From: a virus
Lineage: Duplodnaviria > Heunggongvirae > Uroviricota > Caudoviricetes
Reading direction: 5' to 3' (one strand)
Length of the DNA stretch: 41,806 nucleotides
IMG/VR virus record: IMGVR_UViG_2711768061_000003
Location: 1 to 41,806 of that record
Positions within the stretch are counted from its first letter, which is position 1; every line of letters begins with the position of its first letter. A model generated the notes under the pieces. That model was not told where the DNA came from, ran no database searches, and saw only the letters and a program-made list of their open reading frames with translations. The position numbers and the translations under genes were made by a program. Positions 10,163 through 21,626 of this stretch are shown here, piece by piece.

Positions 10163-11565
10163 TCCACCGTAAATTGAATGCCTGATTTTGAGGTATATGA
10201 TCCAACCTGATTCCGTGGTTCTCCTGAAGGTGTCGAATCTTGTGCTGGCGCTGCGTCAGTATTCATTGACATATACCGCTTGACGGCACTCCCCAATGAT
10301 TCACCTTTTTTAACATCCAACCCCAATATCTGACCGCCATTACGCGATTGTCCAGGGTTGCCATTCGCGCTCATCCACTCGGCTTTAAACTCATTAAACT
10401 GCGCGTTTCGTCGCTCAAGGTTTGCCATAGCATCAAGCCATCTTGCGACCGTCTCAGGGTTATCCATGTCAGTTGGTGCACCCTGACGAACGATCTCAAC
10501 GTCTTTATCCGTTGCGGGGCCGGGAGGTAGGAATTTAAGAACCTGACTGTTAACAAGGGCATTTTGGCGAATGCGCAAATCACGCAATGTCGTATCGCTT
10601 CCGGTAAGTTTTGCGAACATGTTCTGTGCGTTACCGAACAAACCTGTCGTTGGTTTTTCTGCTCTGAACTGTTGAGCAAGCGCACTCATAGAATTGGCTG
10701 AGTTTGATGATGCTGTGGCATTGTTTACAGCCGTCTCGATGCCTTTTTCCATGTTTACTGACAGCTTAGGTGCTTCGCTAATCAACTGCTGAGCCTTTTC
10801 CTGCGCTTGCTGCATCTTAAACCCGAACTCTTGCTGATCCAGAGCCAAGCGTTGTGCTGCGATATTGTGCCCAGTCATTGCTGACTGATAGGAAAGGTTT
10901 TGCCCTCTCGCCTGAAGCGCCTCGCCAGCCTGATTGCTGCGGATTGTCTCTGCAAGTTTTCCGCGGTCAATCTCACGACCAGCCATCTTGTCCTGAACAT
11001 TGAAGTAGTCAATCGGACCGAGAGCAGCCATCCCAAGGTGATCAACAAACTCACCAAATCCTGAAGGATTCTGCTGATACATCTGAGCAACGCTGTTAGG
11101 GTCAACACCGACGCGAGTCAGTTCCTTGGCGTTGTTTTGCAGCCATGATTGCATTGCTTCTGGAGACGATGACGCAAGGCGTGCGCCAGCCGCTAAGGTG
11201 CCGATAGAATTACGCTGCTCTTCATCAATGAATCCCATGCCTTTACGAACGGATTCAATCTGGTCTGGATATTGAGTAGCCAACTGACGCAAAGCACCGC
11301 GATCACCAGACGCATAAGCATTAGCGTATGCCTGCTGAAATTCTTTCTGCCGCTGAGCCTGCTTTTCCTGCTGAAACACCCCTGCAATACCTGAAAGACC
11401 TTGCAAAGCAGTCAGCCCAACATTGTTAGCGCCTGAACGCTCAATATCATTGTTCTGCCTGATAAGCTGAAGCGTATTGCCGATGTCATTTACGCTCGGA
11501 GCGTTTGAGTTGACGCCGCCGATACCAGCTAACAATCCGCCATTTGATCCTTGCCAAGTAGCCAT
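10159..11565 (-). CDS. ejection protein, P22 gp20-like
   Basis: 468-aa ORF overlapping the downstream gene by 4 nt; synteny with P22 gene 20 (471 aa). Confidence 0.8.
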   Translation of the reverse strand: MATWQGSNGGLLAGIGGVNSNAPSVNDIGNTLQLIRQNNDIERSGANNVGLTALQGLSGIAGVFQQEKQAQRQKEFQQAYANAYASGDRGALRQLATQYPDQIESVRKGMGFIDEEQRNSIGTLAAGARLASSSPEAMQSWLQNNAKELTRVGVDPNSVAQMYQQNPSGFGEFVDHLGMAALGPIDYFNVQDKMAGREIDRGKLAETIRSNQAGEALQARGQNLSYQSAMTGHNIAAQRLALDQQEFGFKMQQAQEKAQQLISEAPKLSVNMEKGIETAVNNATASSNSANSMSALAQQFRAEKPTTGLFGNAQNMFAKLTGSDTTLRDLRIRQNALVNSQVLKFLPPGPATDKDVEIVRQGAPTDMDNPETVARWLDAMANLERRNAQFNEFKAEWMSANGNPGQSRNGGQILGLDVKKGESLGSAVKRYMSMNTDAAPAQDSTPSGEPRNQVGSYTSKSGIQFTVE

Positions 11566-11574
11566 GATTACCCC

Positions 11575-12267
11575 TTAAAACAACGAGCCAAGCAATCCGA
11601 TACCAGCACCAATGCCAGCGCCCCAAGGTGTTGATGTCCCCAAAAGGCTGGCAAGACCTGCACCGGCAATCGCACCAGACGTTCCGCCACTAATTGCTGT
11701 CTGAAGACTTGATGGTTTGTTGGCATTAGCAGCGGCAAGAGCTGCGCTTTGCTGTGCAATGCTGCTCATGTTGTTGGCGTACGTCTGCCCGGCGTTTGCC
11801 TGACCTTGCAGCGCACCAAGCCCAACGTTTGCCAGATTGTTGTAATTGCTCATCTGGTTTGATAACCAAGACTGACCGAGTGTCGGCGCGATCGTAGCCA
11901 GTTGATTGCTTGTGGCTGTCGAACCAAGTCCACCCGTAGCCTCCGCAGCAGCAAGACTCTGGTAACGAGCCTGACCTGCAAGGTCTTTATACTGCTGAGA
12001 GTTGTAATACTGATTAAGTGCCTGCCCCTGACCTTCTAAACTGGAAAGGTTCTGAAGCTGGTTAACATACTGCTCCGCAAGAGGCGTGAACGGAGCAAGG
12101 TTTTTCATGATCGTCTGCCACTGCTGATTTTGCAGGTCTGCGGCATACTTCTGAGCTTCTGCTGCATACTTTGCGCTTTTATCAGAGCTACCACCTTTCC
12201 CGCCTTTTTCATGGCACCAAGGTTCCTCGCCGCTCAGTTTTCTGCCCAGCTTAAATGCATATAACAT
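11575..12267 (-). CDS. ejection protein, P22 gp7-like
   Basis: 230-aa ORF with Gly/Ala-rich C-terminus; synteny with P22 gene 7 (229 aa). Confidence 0.75.
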   Translation of the reverse strand: MLYAFKLGRKLSGEEPWCHEKGGKGGSSDKSAKYAAEAQKYAADLQNQQWQTIMKNLAPFTPLAEQYVNQLQNLSSLEGQGQALNQYYNSQQYKDLAGQARYQSLAAAEATGGLGSTATSNQLATIAPTLGQSWLSNQMSNYNNLANVGLGALQGQANAGQTYANNMSSIAQQSAALAAANANKPSSLQTAISGGTSGAIAGAGLASLLGTSTPWGAGIGAGIGLLGSLF

Positions 12268-12269
12268 GG

Positions 12270-12728
12270 CTATCTCCCGTGATTCAGGAAGTCGATTAGT
12301 TCTTCGCGTGTGGCGCTGTAAAAAGTCACGTCATCCACGCCTTTGAAGTATTTCTTGATGGTTCCTACACGCTTAAGGCCAATCATTGCGCAGTACATCT
12401 GACCGTGGCGGAATTTGCGCGCAGCGAACGATGTGACGCACTGAACGGTGGTGTTAGTCAGAATGTATCGCCAGAACGCCAGCCCGATTTCCTTGCTGAA
12501 GCCGCGAATCTCTGGCAGGTACATGGCGTGGCAATCGAATGTCAGCGGCTGAATCTCCTGATAGTAAACAATGCCGCCAAACTGACCGTGCACGTTAACC
12601 TCAAAGTAACGGCATTCAGGCTTGTAGTCGTATCCATCACCGTTGTTGCTCCCGGCAATAATGTCAGGGTGATTTCCGACTGCTTCGATCAGGTCGATGT
12701 TTCGCGTTGGTTTGAACTGAATCATCAC
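12270..12728 (-). CDS. P22 gp14-like virion protein
   Basis: 152-aa ORF between tail needle and gp7-like genes, as in the P22 order 26-14-7. Confidence 0.65.
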   Translation of the reverse strand: MMIQFKPTRNIDLIEAVGNHPDIIAGSNNGDGYDYKPECRYFEVNVHGQFGGIVYYQEIQPLTFDCHAMYLPEIRGFSKEIGLAFWRYILTNTTVQCVTSFAARKFRHGQMYCAMIGLKRVGTIKKYFKGVDDVTFYSATREELIDFLNHGR

Positions 12729-13573
12729 TGCTCCGCGATTATCTTGATGGTTGTGGCAGTAAACGCCGCACCATTTGACTGGATGGTTAACGTACTGCCA
12801 TTTGTGGCAAGAAATCCGTCTTTATCCACGCTGAAGAACGTGGCTAACAGGATGTTATCGGTTGTTGTCGCCGCATTACGACTGCTGACCAGTGTGTCAG
12901 GAACAGAGCCGGAAAAGGTTAGCTGCATTGATCTGTTGGTGGTTCCGCTGGGCCACGTCCCGACAATCGACAGCTTGAAGAACAAGGTTTTGTTCTCGTT
13001 GAACACAACCATCTTGTTGTTAACGGTGTCGAAGAATGGTGACAACGTGCCGGATGACGGCGTGAGCGTTTTCAGCAGGCTAACAAGGTTGGTCGGCGCT
13101 GTCGGGATGGTTACTGATACGCCAGAGTAAACAACCTCTGACTTCTTGCGAGTAGTGGCATACTCCAGAGCATCGATGCGCGTTTCATGGTCTGAAACCT
13201 GCGATTCCAGCGACTGAACTCTGGTATCAAGCGACGCAATATCGCTTTCATTCTGAGCGATTCGCGTTTCATGTTCCTGAAGAGTTGATTCTGCCTGGCT
13301 GATTCGCTCCTCATGATTAACAAGCGTTGCTTCCGCAGCAGAAATTCGCTGCTCATGGTCAGCGAGAATCACATCCTGCTCATCGTTCCTGACTTGTGCG
13401 TCATAAGCGCCCTGTCCGGCCTCGTTGGCCTTGTTCGCCACGTTACCAACATCAGTACCCTGTGCGATAACGTACAACAGATATGACTGCGAGAAGATAT
13501 TGCGTGGAAGGACTGATGTATCGAGCCGCGTAGCCTGGATGATTACCGGCACATTGAGATTCGAATCCGCCAT
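12725..13573 (-). CDS. tail needle protein (gp26-like N-terminus with C-terminal knob-type domain)
   Basis: 282-aa ORF; N-terminus [43 protein letters not shown] matches the P22 gp26 N-terminus as recalled; coiled-coil heptad region, then a ~130-aa Ser/Thr-rich C-terminal domain absent from P22 gp26 (Sf6-type architecture). Confidence 0.85.
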   Translation of the reverse strand: MADSNLNVPVIIQATRLDTSVLPRNIFSQSYLLYVIAQGTDVGNVANKANEAGQGAYDAQVRNDEQDVILADHEQRISAAEATLVNHEERISQAESTLQEHETRIAQNESDIASLDTRVQSLESQVSDHETRIDALEYATTRKKSEVVYSGVSVTIPTAPTNLVSLLKTLTPSSGTLSPFFDTVNNKMVVFNENKTLFFKLSIVGTWPSGTTNRSMQLTFSGSVPDTLVSSRNAATTTDNILLATFFSVDKDGFLATNGSTLTIQSNGAAFTATTIKIIAEQ

Positions 13574-14991
13574 TACTCAATCCTTATCTGGCAGCCAGAC
13601 AGAGTGACAGGTGACTTCGTGATAACGCGCAATTTGAAGCCAATGTTTTTCCTGATGCGCCCTACTTTCTTCCACAAAACGCGTTTGTCGTAAACGAACG
13701 GTTCATTCTGCTCAATCATCTGCTCACGCCCGTAATTGATGCCGTCAGTGGTTGCAGAGAGGAACAGGCGGTCAGCATACTGCGCAACGCCAGTTGAAGA
13801 TTCAACTTCAAGGTCGAAAACTCTGGCGTTATCCGCTTTGAACAACGGAGTAAACAACAGGTGTTCCTGTTGCTTGTCGTACTGGCTGCTGATATCGAAC
13901 TGCAATTTGCCGATAACCGATTCCAGCTTATCTCCGCACGTTATCTGATTGCCTTCGTAAATGAAGTCGATAGCGCGGTACACATCGTCATACAGGCCTG
14001 TTTTCAGCACACACCATTGCGGACCATTGGCGCTTGAAGATGCGTCGTACACGAGAACATGGCGCGGAAGGTGGATAATCAGCAACTCATGCGCATCAAA
14101 GCGCAACGATTCCATCACGCCATCAGCCAGTTCATCAGCAGTGTAGGAGCGGAGAATTTTCTCAATGCTCGCGCTGGCGATTGGTGACACCTGACCGGAG
14201 CCGATGATGTACACAGACGGCGCACCTGTTGCCGGATTGCTGATGAACGCATACGAATCAGCAAACGGCGTTTTGCAGTAAGTCCCGGCAATGCCTTTCT
14301 GCACCATCAGCGATGGCTGTGCAACATACAAAGCGGCACCAACGGTGGTTGCCCCAGTCAGGGAAAAATATTCAATCGTCGATGAGCCAAAGCAGACGAT
14401 GAAGTCTCGCCATGTTCCGATGCCGATGATACCGTCCGGCTGCGATTCTGCGCGATATTGTGCGCTGTATCGGTCAGGATGCGATTCGTCTTCAAGGTCA
14501 GTGATAAACCATGAATCAGTGCCGTCTTTTGACCACGCATAACGCCCACGCAAGCGCGTAATGTCGCGAACCGAACCTAACTCATACTGCGTGAATCCGC
14601 TGTCTGTAGGCCAGTTTGAGACGGTTTTAACCGTGCCATCATAGCGGTATTCGACCAGTTGCCCGTTAACACCTACCGCCTGTGATGTCCGACCATGTGC
14701 CATTGATACGCGACCACTTCCGGCAACATCACCGACTTCACTTTCGCCTTTGTACAGCTTGCCACCACACACGCGATAAACAGCATTCTGCGCCATGTTG
14801 TACTCGACGCCACGCGATACGCCGTTCACATCAGAACGTTTGGCAATGCCCGGGAATGAGCGAAGATATCCGCTGCTGTTAAGGATTTCTTTTGGTGTAG
14901 CCAACATATTCACTGGCAGATAGTCGATATAGTCGGCGTTTCGGAAGTCTTTGCCGACACCTTTCATAAGCGGAAGTTGCTGAATCGGCAT
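13573..14991 (-). CDS. tail accessory/hub protein, P22 gp10-like
   Basis: 472-aa ORF, same length as P22 gp10, in syntenic position. Confidence 0.8.
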   Translation of the reverse strand: MPIQQLPLMKGVGKDFRNADYIDYLPVNMLATPKEILNSSGYLRSFPGIAKRSDVNGVSRGVEYNMAQNAVYRVCGGKLYKGESEVGDVAGSGRVSMAHGRTSQAVGVNGQLVEYRYDGTVKTVSNWPTDSGFTQYELGSVRDITRLRGRYAWSKDGTDSWFITDLEDESHPDRYSAQYRAESQPDGIIGIGTWRDFIVCFGSSTIEYFSLTGATTVGAALYVAQPSLMVQKGIAGTYCKTPFADSYAFISNPATGAPSVYIIGSGQVSPIASASIEKILRSYTADELADGVMESLRFDAHELLIIHLPRHVLVYDASSSANGPQWCVLKTGLYDDVYRAIDFIYEGNQITCGDKLESVIGKLQFDISSQYDKQQEHLLFTPLFKADNARVFDLEVESSTGVAQYADRLFLSATTDGINYGREQMIEQNEPFVYDKRVLWKKVGRIRKNIGFKLRVITKSPVTLSGCQIRIE

Positions 14992-15000
14992 TTATTCACC

Positions 15001-15462
15001 TCACGTACTCGGATCATCTTTCTCGATGTAAAACCGATTCCACGTAAACGCGCTTTTGTTACCACTACCGCGAGGCATGTCATTTCGCCGCTCAAGTGGT
15101 GGTATTTTGGTTAAAGCGATACAGATTGTCTGATATGCACTGTCAGCAGCGGTAAGGAGAGCGTCTGACGGCTGAATGACGTTATCCATGCACACTTGCA
15201 CAGCGAGTTTCAAAGCGACGCCATCATTTGCCCATGCAGGGATACCTGAATCATCGTCAGGTAACGGCATGATGCCGTTTTCTGTATCAGCAAACTGATA
15301 CCCAAGCTCGATACCTTTAGCCTGCCATGCTGCCATCATGTCTTCGAGGTCATTAATGGCATCTTCAATTGCCTGAGGGTCAGCATCTGTCAACGTGGCA
15401 TTGGAATACAGCCCGGCTTTTCGTAAAGCCTTTAGAACGAGATCACCCTTCGTTTTCGCCAT
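15001..15462 (-). CDS. head completion/tail adaptor protein, P22 gp4-like
   Basis: 153-aa ORF immediately upstream (in transcription order) of the gp10-like gene. Confidence 0.75.
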   Translation of the reverse strand: MAKTKGDLVLKALRKAGLYSNATLTDADPQAIEDAINDLEDMMAAWQAKGIELGYQFADTENGIMPLPDDDSGIPAWANDGVALKLAVQVCMDNVIQPSDALLTAADSAYQTICIALTKIPPLERRNDMPRGSGNKSAFTWNRFYIEKDDPST

Positions 15463-15631
15463 CTTCTTCCGCCTTAGCCACTTTTTGCTTCGTTGCGGTT
15501 TCTTCAGGAGTTTTTACCCAGCCTTTTTTCAGGTGAGATTTAACTTCTTCGTCATCAACAATGATGTAATCGACAGCAAACTGACCACAGGTGATCATGT
15601 TGCCCGGCTTATAGAGCATTGTTCGTGCCAT
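15443..15631 (-). CDS. small hypothetical protein between coat and gp4-like genes
   Basis: 62-aa product from an ATG preceded by GGGAGA with 5-nt spacing; overlaps the gp4-like start by 20 nt. Confidence 0.35.
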   Translation of the reverse strand: MARTMLYKPGNMITCGQFAVDYIIVDDEEVKSHLKKGWVKTPEETATKQKVAKAEEDGENEG

Positions 15632-15642
15632 TGTCTTCTCCC

Positions 15643-15665
15643 AATAAAAATGGGGCCGAAGCCCC
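15643..15665 (-). terminator. putative rho-independent terminator/attenuator immediately downstream of coat gene
   Basis: Hairpin GGGGC-TTCG-GCCCC followed by ATTTTTATT on the minus strand. Confidence 0.45.
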
Positions 15666-15672
15666 ACTAAAA

Positions 15673-16926
15673 TTACTGCCCGGCAATAACGATGCCCGTA
15701 TATTCAGGAACCAGTACAGAGCAACCGTACAGAGTGGTGAAACGCGCAGTGGTTACGCCTTTGATGTGGTCGAAGGCGTAAGACATGATCAGCGTAGCGC
15801 CCTGCTCGGTGGTTGCTGTCATTACCTGTGGACCCTGACCAGTCGGGAACGCCAGTTTGCCGTACATCAGCTCAACAGAACCATCAGCCCAGAACAGGTT
15901 AGCCGGTGCGGCATTCTTGTTGAGAATGGTAATTGCTGCACCATTTGCCGCGTTAGCATCAACGTTTGCATATGGACGGCTGGCGACATCTGCGTTGTCA
16001 GGCGGCAGAATTTTCGGGGAGATAGTTACTGTCGTTCCGCTTACTGCCAGAACGCGGAATACCTGCGGCTGCCCGGTGGTGTCTTTGGTGATCTGGTGTA
16101 CAGAATTCACGCCAGCAATGGTGAACGCATCGCCAACCTGCAACCCAGATGCAGATACCGTAATAGTCCCCTGTCGGTTATCCACTGGCATATCGTTGGC
16201 ATCTTTCGCTTCAACCTTGTGCGCAGGTTCAGCCGCCAGCGTCAGGGAAGTTTCTGTACCCTTCGGAACACGACCAGAAATATCGGTCTTGTAGCTATCG
16301 AAGGACGCAACCGGAGGGATCTGCGCTTTTTCGTATGCTGTCAGGGTTGCGCCCTGAGCATAGGCACGGTGACCAAGCTCGCCAGCAAGGTCTTTGTAGT
16401 TGAAGGGGTTCCAGAAAGAGCTACGATTGATACCCTGCGGTACACCAATCGCCGTCATGGTGGCATCAATACCTGCCGCACAGTTCCACAAATCACGGCC
16501 CTGTGAACCAGTGGTTGAATCAGCCATTGTGATCACGTTAGTAGCACGCTGCGTGACCATGGAAATCAGGTCAGAGTCAATCTGTGCAGCAAGGCGCATA
16601 CCTGCGGCGCGACCAGCTTCAGTTTTATGTTCCGGGTCACGCATTTCACGCGCATCCAGAGTGTACAGAATGTTTTTCGGCTCCTTGAACACAGAAGGAA
16701 CAAGGCGCTGAACCAGTGCTGTTGGCGTTTTGCTGCTGAGGTCGAGCCCTTCCTCAATGTTCATGTGGTAATGCTGCGGACGATACAGAACATCACCTGC
16801 TCGCTGCATTGCTGTATCACCGGGACGGAATTTTTTAGCGTTACGGGAAACTACGCAGGCGGCCTCAAAGCCTTCAACGTAGTTTTCGAACATGATTTCA
16901 AGGTCTTTTGCTAATTGGTTAGCCAT
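15673..16926 (-). CDS. major coat protein (P22-like/Sf6-like HK97-fold coat)
   Basis: 417-aa ORF following the scaffold gene; local similarity to P22 coat (e.g. NLFWADGSV vs NVFWADDAI as recalled). Confidence 0.9.
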   Translation of the reverse strand: MANQLAKDLEIMFENYVEGFEAACVVSRNAKKFRPGDTAMQRAGDVLYRPQHYHMNIEEGLDLSSKTPTALVQRLVPSVFKEPKNILYTLDAREMRDPEHKTEAGRAAGMRLAAQIDSDLISMVTQRATNVITMADSTTGSQGRDLWNCAAGIDATMTAIGVPQGINRSSFWNPFNYKDLAGELGHRAYAQGATLTAYEKAQIPPVASFDSYKTDISGRVPKGTETSLTLAAEPAHKVEAKDANDMPVDNRQGTITVSASGLQVGDAFTIAGVNSVHQITKDTTGQPQVFRVLAVSGTTVTISPKILPPDNADVASRPYANVDANAANGAAITILNKNAAPANLFWADGSVELMYGKLAFPTGQGPQVMTATTEQGATLIMSYAFDHIKGVTTARFTTLYGCSVLVPEYTGIVIAGQ

Positions 16927-16944
16927 GCTTAATGCTCCGATAGG

Positions 16945-17838
16945 TTATTTTTTTGCCTTTTTAGCGGCGAAATACGGCGTCCAGTCACCAGTTTCCAGCA
17001 CCTTGGCTTTCAATTTGTCGAGGTTGTTGATTACTGCGCCGTTGCTCCCCTTAACTGTCGGGGTTGTGGCTGCCGTGGTTTTTGCTTTTGGCATGATTCT
17101 GGCCTTCGATTCGATACGTTCCAGCAGACGACCAATTGCTACGGGGTTGGTAGCTTCTGCCAGTTGCTTGCGCAGTTCAGCGTTGCGACCGAGTGCCAGA
17201 ACAACGATTTCCGGCTTCTCTGACTCAAACAGGATCGCGTTTTGTGTCTCGATGGGGATTTCCTCGAGTACGGCCTGTTCTGCTTCCTGATAGCCAGGAA
17301 CTTTGAGAGCCTTAACACGTTGCTGATATTTGGATAATCGCTCTTGATAGGCAGCCTGAAGCTCCTGCTCCTTCTGCTTGCGAGCCATCTCCTGTTGCTG
17401 GTACTTGCCGTTATCCTCTGCCCACTTAGCCATGCGTTGCTGGTAGATTTCTTCATCGAAACCGATGTCCTCATCATCCAGTTTTGGCATTCGCGGTGGT
17501 TGAGTGATTACCGGCTGCTGCTCGACGGGTTTCTGAGACTGACGCATCAGCTCTTTTAGCTCGCGGTCTTTCTCTTTAATCGTCTTGCGCAGGTGTTTTA
17601 CCAGTCCATGCTCTGCGCTATCTTCGCTGGTTGGCGAATCCAGCTTTTCGTCACCAAAGTAGAATTCCTGCTCTGATTCGTCGTCATCAGTTTCAGTAGC
17701 TTCCTCTGCATCATTGCCAGAGGACTCACTGCCATCTTCTGTTTCGACTTCTTCAGCCAGTTCGACATCATCAGGAATCTGCTCTGACGCGTCGGTTTCG
17801 ATTTCAACTTCTGGTGTGTTTTCTGCCATCTGGTCCAT
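16945..17838 (-). CDS. scaffolding protein
   Basis: 297-aa highly acidic, helix/coiled-coil-rich protein (Glu/Gln/Lys-rich) between portal and coat genes. Confidence 0.7.
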   Translation of the reverse strand: MDQMAENTPEVEIETDASEQIPDDVELAEEVETEDGSESSGNDAEEATETDDDESEQEFYFGDEKLDSPTSEDSAEHGLVKHLRKTIKEKDRELKELMRQSQKPVEQQPVITQPPRMPKLDDEDIGFDEEIYQQRMAKWAEDNGKYQQQEMARKQKEQELQAAYQERLSKYQQRVKALKVPGYQEAEQAVLEEIPIETQNAILFESEKPEIVVLALGRNAELRKQLAEATNPVAIGRLLERIESKARIMPKAKTTAATTPTVKGSNGAVINNLDKLKAKVLETGDWTPYFAAKKAKK

Positions 17839-17928
17839 TTGTTACCCCTGTTTACTCGATGTTCAGCCCATCGGAAGGCAATAGGGTGCCAGGCCTCATA
17901 AAGACAGCCATTGCACGTTATGGGTTAA

Positions 17929-20145
17929 TTACTGCTGTGGTTGTTGCTGAGTTGATTTTTGCAGGATGCTGCTGATGTCCATGCGCTGCGCATGGCCATG
18001 TGCCTGACTTTTCAGGACAAGCTCTGCATCAGCACGGGCATTATCTCCTTGCTGTTGCTGGAACTGTCCGAGCAGTTTCAGCGCCTCACGGATATCAGAT
18101 TTTTGCTGGCTATCGGCAGATGCGAGGATTTTCACAACATTTGCCGCAGCAACCTGAGCATCCGTCTGTGCCTGGAATGCTTTAACCTGAATGGCTGCTT
18201 GTTCGTTCTGCGCTTTCTGCAATTCAGCCTGACCAGCAAGAAGCTGACCTTGCGCAGCAACCATAGCCGGATCTGGCTGACTGGCCTGTTGTTGTTTCGC
18301 CTGCTCAACCATCTGCTGTTCTTCTGGTGTTCTCGGCTTGATAACTCCAGACAGAAGCAACTGATTGCGGTTGTATTCTTTAAGGTCGTCCATCCCTTCG
18401 CCGTCCATATTGTCGAGAATCATCGACGATACAAGGTCGTGCTTCGGCGTTCCTGGTGGGATAAGTGCCAGCATGGAAAGTAACGACTTAACCGTTGCAT
18501 CACGGCGAGTAGCGAACGACTGACCAACATCGACAGTCACTTCATAGTTACCCTGCGAAAGGTCGTTAAGCGCGATAACCTGCCCTGTCTGACGGTCAAC
18601 CACTTCACCAGTCATCAGCGCCACGTCATCGCTGCCGTCCTCATTAACGATACGCATCGGCGTATCACTGCCATAGACCTCACGCGCCATAGAAAGCCAC
18701 ACAACGCCAGCGCGGCGCATGGATTTAGCCATGTTGTCCATGTAGATATAGGACTGCGTGTCCATCCGGTTAAAAATGCTATCAACGGTATCGGTGGCGA
18801 CGTTGCTCGGCATGTTCTCAAGCTGCGACGCACCTGTAATTTGCTGAATAGCCGTTCCGGTGTACTGCAATAGCCCGGCAAGAGCAGGAGGCATTTGTGT
18901 CGGAGGTGTCCAGCCAGCAACCTGAGCCTCTGAAATGACCGTTCCGTTTTTGTCCTTCTTGCTGGTCATGGGAAGAACTGCAGGTCTTTTCTTATTCCTC
19001 TCTGCCCAGTGATTCATTAATGGACCGGGAATGAAATCAACATCCACGATAGGAATACCATCACCGCCAGCCTGAGTAGCGTTATCTGCAATCATGGAAA
19101 CCATCAGGTTCTCAAGACGCTGTGCATCCATCGCTTTTGCTGCGTGGCCTTCAATTCGCTCCTGATTATCAACAAATGAGCGACGCCCATATACCGGGAT
19201 GAGAGGAATATGTTCACCCGGAATACGCTTCGGTTCTTCCAGCCATTCAGCGCCAGACAGAAGACCGCAATAAACGCGGCGCTTCTTCACCGTTCGCTCG
19301 CCAATCAGTTCGAATGCACCATCGGTCAGCTCGTCGACAATATCTTTGATTTGCTCTTCATCATAGATTGCCGTTTCTCCGCTAACAGGGTTACGCCATG
19401 CTGTGAGCTTCACCTTCTCTATGCGTACTTCGTAGTAGCGCCCAACATAGATAGCATCTGGCGTTGACCAGTCATATTGAGTGCCAGTGTCATCACGAGA
19501 GAGGCTTGCCGCGATGGAATCAGGGTATTCAGCCTCGAACGCTTTAGGCGTCATGGAGAACATTTCCATAGCCCACATAGCATCAGAGCGGTCATATTGC
19601 TTGCTGTCCTGATCGAAGAAGACGCATGTCGCTGGGTCGTAAACAGGAAGAAGGCTGATGCGTCGCTGCTCGTTACTCGGATCCATTTCATCTTCGTAAT
19701 CGGCACACATGCGGAAACAACCGAATCCGCCCGTTACAGCATCATCAAATGCGTTATCACACGCTTCGCCACCGGATGTTTCCTGATAGTCAGCGCGGAA
19801 TTTGCCGTTCATCTTTTCGGCTAACGCTTCCGATGCCTTGTCGTCCTTCGGCCTGAATTTAACGCTGATGCGATTCTGTCGATACTCGCCAATGATGCGA
19901 TCACATTCACGGGCAATCTTATTCAGTTCAAAGCGCGGGTAATGCTCAAACCTGCCTTCATCAAATGAGTAACCAGCGTTTGTGCTGCCTTCCCACTGTG
20001 CGCCGGATACCCGGACGAAACGTTGAGCCTCAATAATCTGCTCACGCATATCCTGCGTTGCTGACCAGGCATTATCAAAGTTGCACAGCACCTTGCGATG
20101 CCAGTCAGCCATCTTTCTATCATCAGCCATCATCCAACTCCGCAA
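17929..20145 (-). CDS. portal protein
   Basis: 738-aa ORF downstream of terminase large subunit; size as P22 gp1 (725 aa); Gln-rich C-terminal helical barrel-like tail. Confidence 0.9.
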   Translation of the reverse strand: MRSWMMADDRKMADWHRKVLCNFDNAWSATQDMREQIIEAQRFVRVSGAQWEGSTNAGYSFDEGRFEHYPRFELNKIARECDRIIGEYRQNRISVKFRPKDDKASEALAEKMNGKFRADYQETSGGEACDNAFDDAVTGGFGCFRMCADYEDEMDPSNEQRRISLLPVYDPATCVFFDQDSKQYDRSDAMWAMEMFSMTPKAFEAEYPDSIAASLSRDDTGTQYDWSTPDAIYVGRYYEVRIEKVKLTAWRNPVSGETAIYDEEQIKDIVDELTDGAFELIGERTVKKRRVYCGLLSGAEWLEEPKRIPGEHIPLIPVYGRRSFVDNQERIEGHAAKAMDAQRLENLMVSMIADNATQAGGDGIPIVDVDFIPGPLMNHWAERNKKRPAVLPMTSKKDKNGTVISEAQVAGWTPPTQMPPALAGLLQYTGTAIQQITGASQLENMPSNVATDTVDSIFNRMDTQSYIYMDNMAKSMRRAGVVWLSMAREVYGSDTPMRIVNEDGSDDVALMTGEVVDRQTGQVIALNDLSQGNYEVTVDVGQSFATRRDATVKSLLSMLALIPPGTPKHDLVSSMILDNMDGEGMDDLKEYNRNQLLLSGVIKPRTPEEQQMVEQAKQQQASQPDPAMVAAQGQLLAGQAELQKAQNEQAAIQVKAFQAQTDAQVAAANVVKILASADSQQKSDIREALKLLGQFQQQQGDNARADAELVLKSQAHGHAQRMDISSILQKSTQQQPQQ

Positions 20146-21626
20146 GGTATGTTGTAGTTTGAGTAATCAATCTCTTTAGGATCTTTGATGTCTCGCATCT
20201 GTATTGCAAAACGCCTCATCATGTAGCCATAGCGAACAGCAGAAAGGATGTCGTCATTTAGCTTGACGATCTTCCCGTTCTCATCACGGTGATACAGGCG
20301 AAACTCTTCAAAGAATGGCTCGCAGGTGTTAAATACCTTGAAACGACCTTCGAGCATCATGTCGCGTATCTCTGCTATTCCTGGTTCGACCGCATTACCT
20401 CCATCAGGCCATGTTGCATGATCTGGCAACATGTCGAACCCAGCGTCGGCGTATTGTTCCTTGAGCTGAGCACCGCCTCCCTTTTCGTGCTGATGCCCGT
20501 CATGAGGCCAAGCCGTAGGGGTGTTTTTGCTCCATGCTTTAACAGCACTCCATGCCTCTGTCGCCTTCTTCTGTTTGGCCTTCCAGACGCGAGAAAGATA
20601 AATCACGTCCTCGTCTTTATCCCACCAAAGCTGGATGTGTGCCTGTGGGTGATCCCATCCGAAGTCCATTGCATTGATGACGTAGAAGTGATCAGGACAC
20701 TCGAACGGCTGACACTTAATCGTCTCTTCCGGTATCTGGAAGATTCGACCGCTACCCATCGTAGGAATACCGCGAGCACGCGCCTCTCTCTCATGCTCAG
20801 GATAGGATGCGATGATTTGCTCTTTCTGTTCGTCTGTGTAGTGCTCAGCGTCATAGATGGTCATGTTGACCACTTTCTGCGACTTGCTGGGATTCTTCAG
20901 GAACTTGGTAACAACGTCAGACATCCCCATCAGCGGGGTAAACGTCAGAATTGAGAATTGACCGTATTTGTTGGTACGGGTAAGGCCTTCGCCATAAATG
21001 CTGTATGGTGGCTCTTCGTCAAACCACACACCGTGGATTGTGTCACCCTGCCAGCGAGCGCGGCCTTGCGAGTATGGCTTGAAGTAGCAGATTGAAATGC
21101 CATCTTCAACGCCATCAGCCGTGTGATGCTTAACCAGAAGGTGATCAACAAGGTTCGGAAAGAAAGGAGACTTCTTCCAGCTAATGATGTCTTCTTTCGG
21201 TATGGAACCGTAGCCAGGCTCGTCATTCTCTTCGATACGACCGCACAGGATGCGTTGAGTCGTTTTGGTTACAGTCTCGTTTGTCTCGCCACCAATCCAA
21301 AAGACAACAGGCTCATAAAAACGCTTACCTTTCCACTCACCGCCATATTTACCATCAGCAGGATAGCCTTTTGTGCCCGGATAACGCCCGGTAAGGTGAA
21401 ACGCGACTTCAGCAGCACCAGTAAATGACTTACCAAGCTGGTTACCAGCCATAAAACAGCGCTCTGGATAGTCATGCCCGGCGTCGATGAACTCACGCTG
21501 TTTGCTGTATGGCGTAAATTCATATAGCAGGTGTGTGTTACGGTAGTTCTCTTCTTCTTCGAGTAGCTCGAGCAATTCGATTTGCTCTTCGTCGCTCAAG
21601 TTATCAAGAATCGCGTCCAGTTCCAC
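20130..21626 (-). CDS. terminase large subunit
   Basis: 498-aa ORF (P22 gp2 is 499 aa), following the small subunit gene with overlap. Confidence 0.9.
   Translation of the reverse strand: MELDAILDNLSDEEQIELLELLEEEENYRNTHLLYEFTPYSKQREFIDAGHDYPERCFMAGNQLGKSFTGAAEVAFHLTGRYPGTKGYPADGKYGGEWKGKRFYEPVVFWIGGETNETVTKTTQRILCGRIEENDEPGYGSIPKEDIISWKKSPFFPNLVDHLLVKHHTADGVEDGISICYFKPYSQGRARWQGDTIHGVWFDEEPPYSIYGEGLTRTNKYGQFSILTFTPLMGMSDVVTKFLKNPSKSQKVVNMTIYDAEHYTDEQKEQIIASYPEHEREARARGIPTMGSGRIFQIPEETIKCQPFECPDHFYVINAMDFGWDHPQAHIQLWWDKDEDVIYLSRVWKAKQKKATEAWSAVKAWSKNTPTAWPHDGHQHEKGGGAQLKEQYADAGFDMLPDHATWPDGGNAVEPGIAEIRDMMLEGRFKVFNTCEPFFEEFRLYHRDENGKIVKLNDDILSAVRYGYMMRRFAIQMRDIKDPKEIDYSNYNIPCGVG

Noticed and set aside
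12405-13130. 241-aa plus-strand ORF
   Set aside because: Lies entirely antisense to the gp14-like and tail-needle genes, which have strong homology-based support; no RBS context and an odd composition; judged a shadow ORF.
15619-16506. 295-aa plus-strand ORF (and the nested 145-aa ORF at 15857-16294)
   Set aside because: Antisense to the major coat protein gene; Cys/Arg-rich translation typical of a reverse-frame artefact in GC-rich coding DNA.
17959-18483. 174-aa plus-strand ORF
   Set aside because: Antisense to the portal gene; Leu/Arg-rich low-complexity translation.
20289-20954. 221-aa plus-strand ORF
   Set aside because: Antisense to the terminase large subunit gene; no independent support.
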